A stretch of DNA of 64,000 nucleotides. Origin: Mobula hypostoma (Eukaryota). Both the position numbers and the translations under genes were made by a program. The stretch lies in NCBI RefSeq assembly GCF_963921235.1, contig NC_086107.1, positions 103,790,001 through 103,854,000 on the forward strand. Direction: 5' to 3'. This document shows positions 62,201 to 64,000 of the stretch, piece after piece. A model generated the notes under the pieces. The model did no database searches. It worked only from the letters and a program-made list of their open reading frames with translations, and was not told the DNA's origin. Numbering within the stretch: the first letter of the stretch is position 1; the number at the start of each line of letters is the position of its first letter.

Positions 62201-64000
62201 TGAGGATACAACATTCATGGTCGAACCTGATCAAGAGTGCCTCAAGGTAGCAGAGTATTCAGAGAAGTCTACTCAGAACCTGTTCTCCCTTGTGTGCCTA
62301 TCAAGGCCCCTCCAATCCTCCTGCCCCCACCCTCCCCACCGACAGTGGGGGGAAAAACAGAGAAACTACTGGAAACATTCAGCAAATCGGGCAGACCTTA
62401 TGGAAAGAATGACTGAGTCCATTTTTCAGGTCACAGACTTTCTGTCAGAGGAAACAGGTTAGCTTTAGGCAGCACGGAGAGTTGGGTGTGGTGGTTAGAA
62501 TAAAGACAATATTTTGCTGATAGGGTGAGACCAGTGGTGTCCCTGTGATGCAGTCATTTGGTTAGTAGGTTCATGAGGATACTCGGGAAGAGAACACCAT
62601 CAACAAAACAGAAAAGACATGAAATGAGGGAAGTTTGAAAGAGAGAGTGAACCAAACAAAGTAATGTAGAAGCCACGAAACGCAGAGCTGTAGGAGGTGA
62701 GGAATGATAGGTAGGCATCACAGGGGCAATTGACAATGTCAGGAATGCAAAGAACCCAGTGTAAAACTCACACAGTCACAGGGAGAACATACAGACAGCG
62801 TCAGAGATCAGGACTGAACCTGGTGACTACCAGTTTACCACATAGTCACAGGGAGAATGAATGTACAGTGTGAAAGATGGACAGTGTCAGAGATTGGGAT
62901 CGAACCTGGTGACTACTAGTTTACCACACAGTCACAGGGAGAACATACAGTCTATACTCAAGGACAGTGTCAGAGCCTGGTTTCCTGGCACCTTCACTGC
63001 CCTGGCTCTCAGGAGACCCTGGAGAGGGTCCAGAAGATGTTTATGAGAATGATCCCGGGAATAAAAGGGTCAACACACAACTGCAGAGTCCCCGAAAGAG
63101 GATGCACGGCCACGGCGCCCCGATCAGCGCTGAGGCAAGTGAAGTCCATCCAGGAGCCTGATGGTTGCCGGGCGACAACTGCTGAACTGGGCAACGTGGG
63201 GACCCAAGACTCCTGCAGCTCCTGCCCAACAGTGGTAGCAAGAAGAGAGGGAGAGAGGTCGGACACAGGCAGACGCCGCTGAACACCTGCCTGTTTCCCG
63301 CTCTCAGCGATGTTAATCCTGCTCGATGCTTTAATTGGCGTGGAGTCACAGAGCTGAGCACGGGTTCATCTTCTGCCATCAGGCCTCAACCCCCAGCGAT
63401 GGCCGCCCGGGCTGTACCCGCAATCTCCAGAGTCTAGTTCACCGAATCCCCAGGAGATCAGAAAAGCACCAGATCATTTAATCAGTTCAAAGGAACATCC
63501 TTAAAAGGGAAATTACAGGCTGCAAACTTCAGCGATCACAGTTGATAAAATTTGTATAGGTATATGGATGAGAGAGGAATGGAGAGCTATGGTCTAAGTG
63601 TAGGTTGATGGGACTCAGCAGGACAATCGTTTAGCCTGGACTAGATGGGCCGAAGGGCCGTTACTGAGCTCTGGTGTTCTATGACCCTGTTAGAAAGGGA
63701 TTGAAAGGAGTGACTCCCAGCAAGGGTAAGTGAGAATTAAGCAAATGGCGAGCTGAGTGGACAATGGCATTCCTGGAGGGGAAAACCTTTCCTGGCACTG
63801 GCCAAGGGCCTGGGGATCATCCATCTTTATGGTCAAGTCTCAAGCAACGCTTCCTCTCCTCTGCTGCCCTTGTGGTTAATTATTGTCACATACGCCAAGC
63901 TACAGCTAAAAGCTTGCCTTGCACCCCGTTCCTGCAGATCGAATCGTTACGCAGTGCGTCGAGGTAGAATGAGGTAAAATGATAACAGAATGCAGAACAA

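Overview
Repeat-rich vertebrate genomic DNA. The CR1, Penelope, Rex1 and DeuSINE-type repeats suggest a cartilaginous fish, probably a ray (inference). One protein-coding gene can be rebuilt exon by exon on the minus strand: a CD37/CD82-family tetraspanin, most like CD37. Its seven canonical GT-AG coding exons (52987->24584) give 247 aa: TM1-3, a 6-Cys EC2 loop (CCG/PCSC/GFC/GC) and most of TM4. I found no ordinary short last exon. The best terminal exon (17530->16721) completes TM4 and then stays open for 269 aa, about 10 copies of a 19-20 aa repeat included, predicting a ~516 aa tetraspanin with a very long repetitive cytoplasmic tail. The introns carry many Penelope-derived minimal hammerhead ribozyme motifs from at least three sequence families. 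One pair lies in a 101-bp inverted repeat, and near-identical inverted copies flank the EC2 exon. There are also four tandem arrays: an 11.3-kb 33-bp array apparently seeded from a DeuSINE, a 3-kb AGGTCA/(CA)n array, a CR1-tail-derived 33-mer and a CA-rich array. Tc1, hAT and Harbinger-type non-autonomous DNA transposons and LINE/SINE fragments fill the rest. Almost all ORFs in the track are repeat or low-complexity artefacts. Family assignments come from recalled consensus sequences, not database searches.
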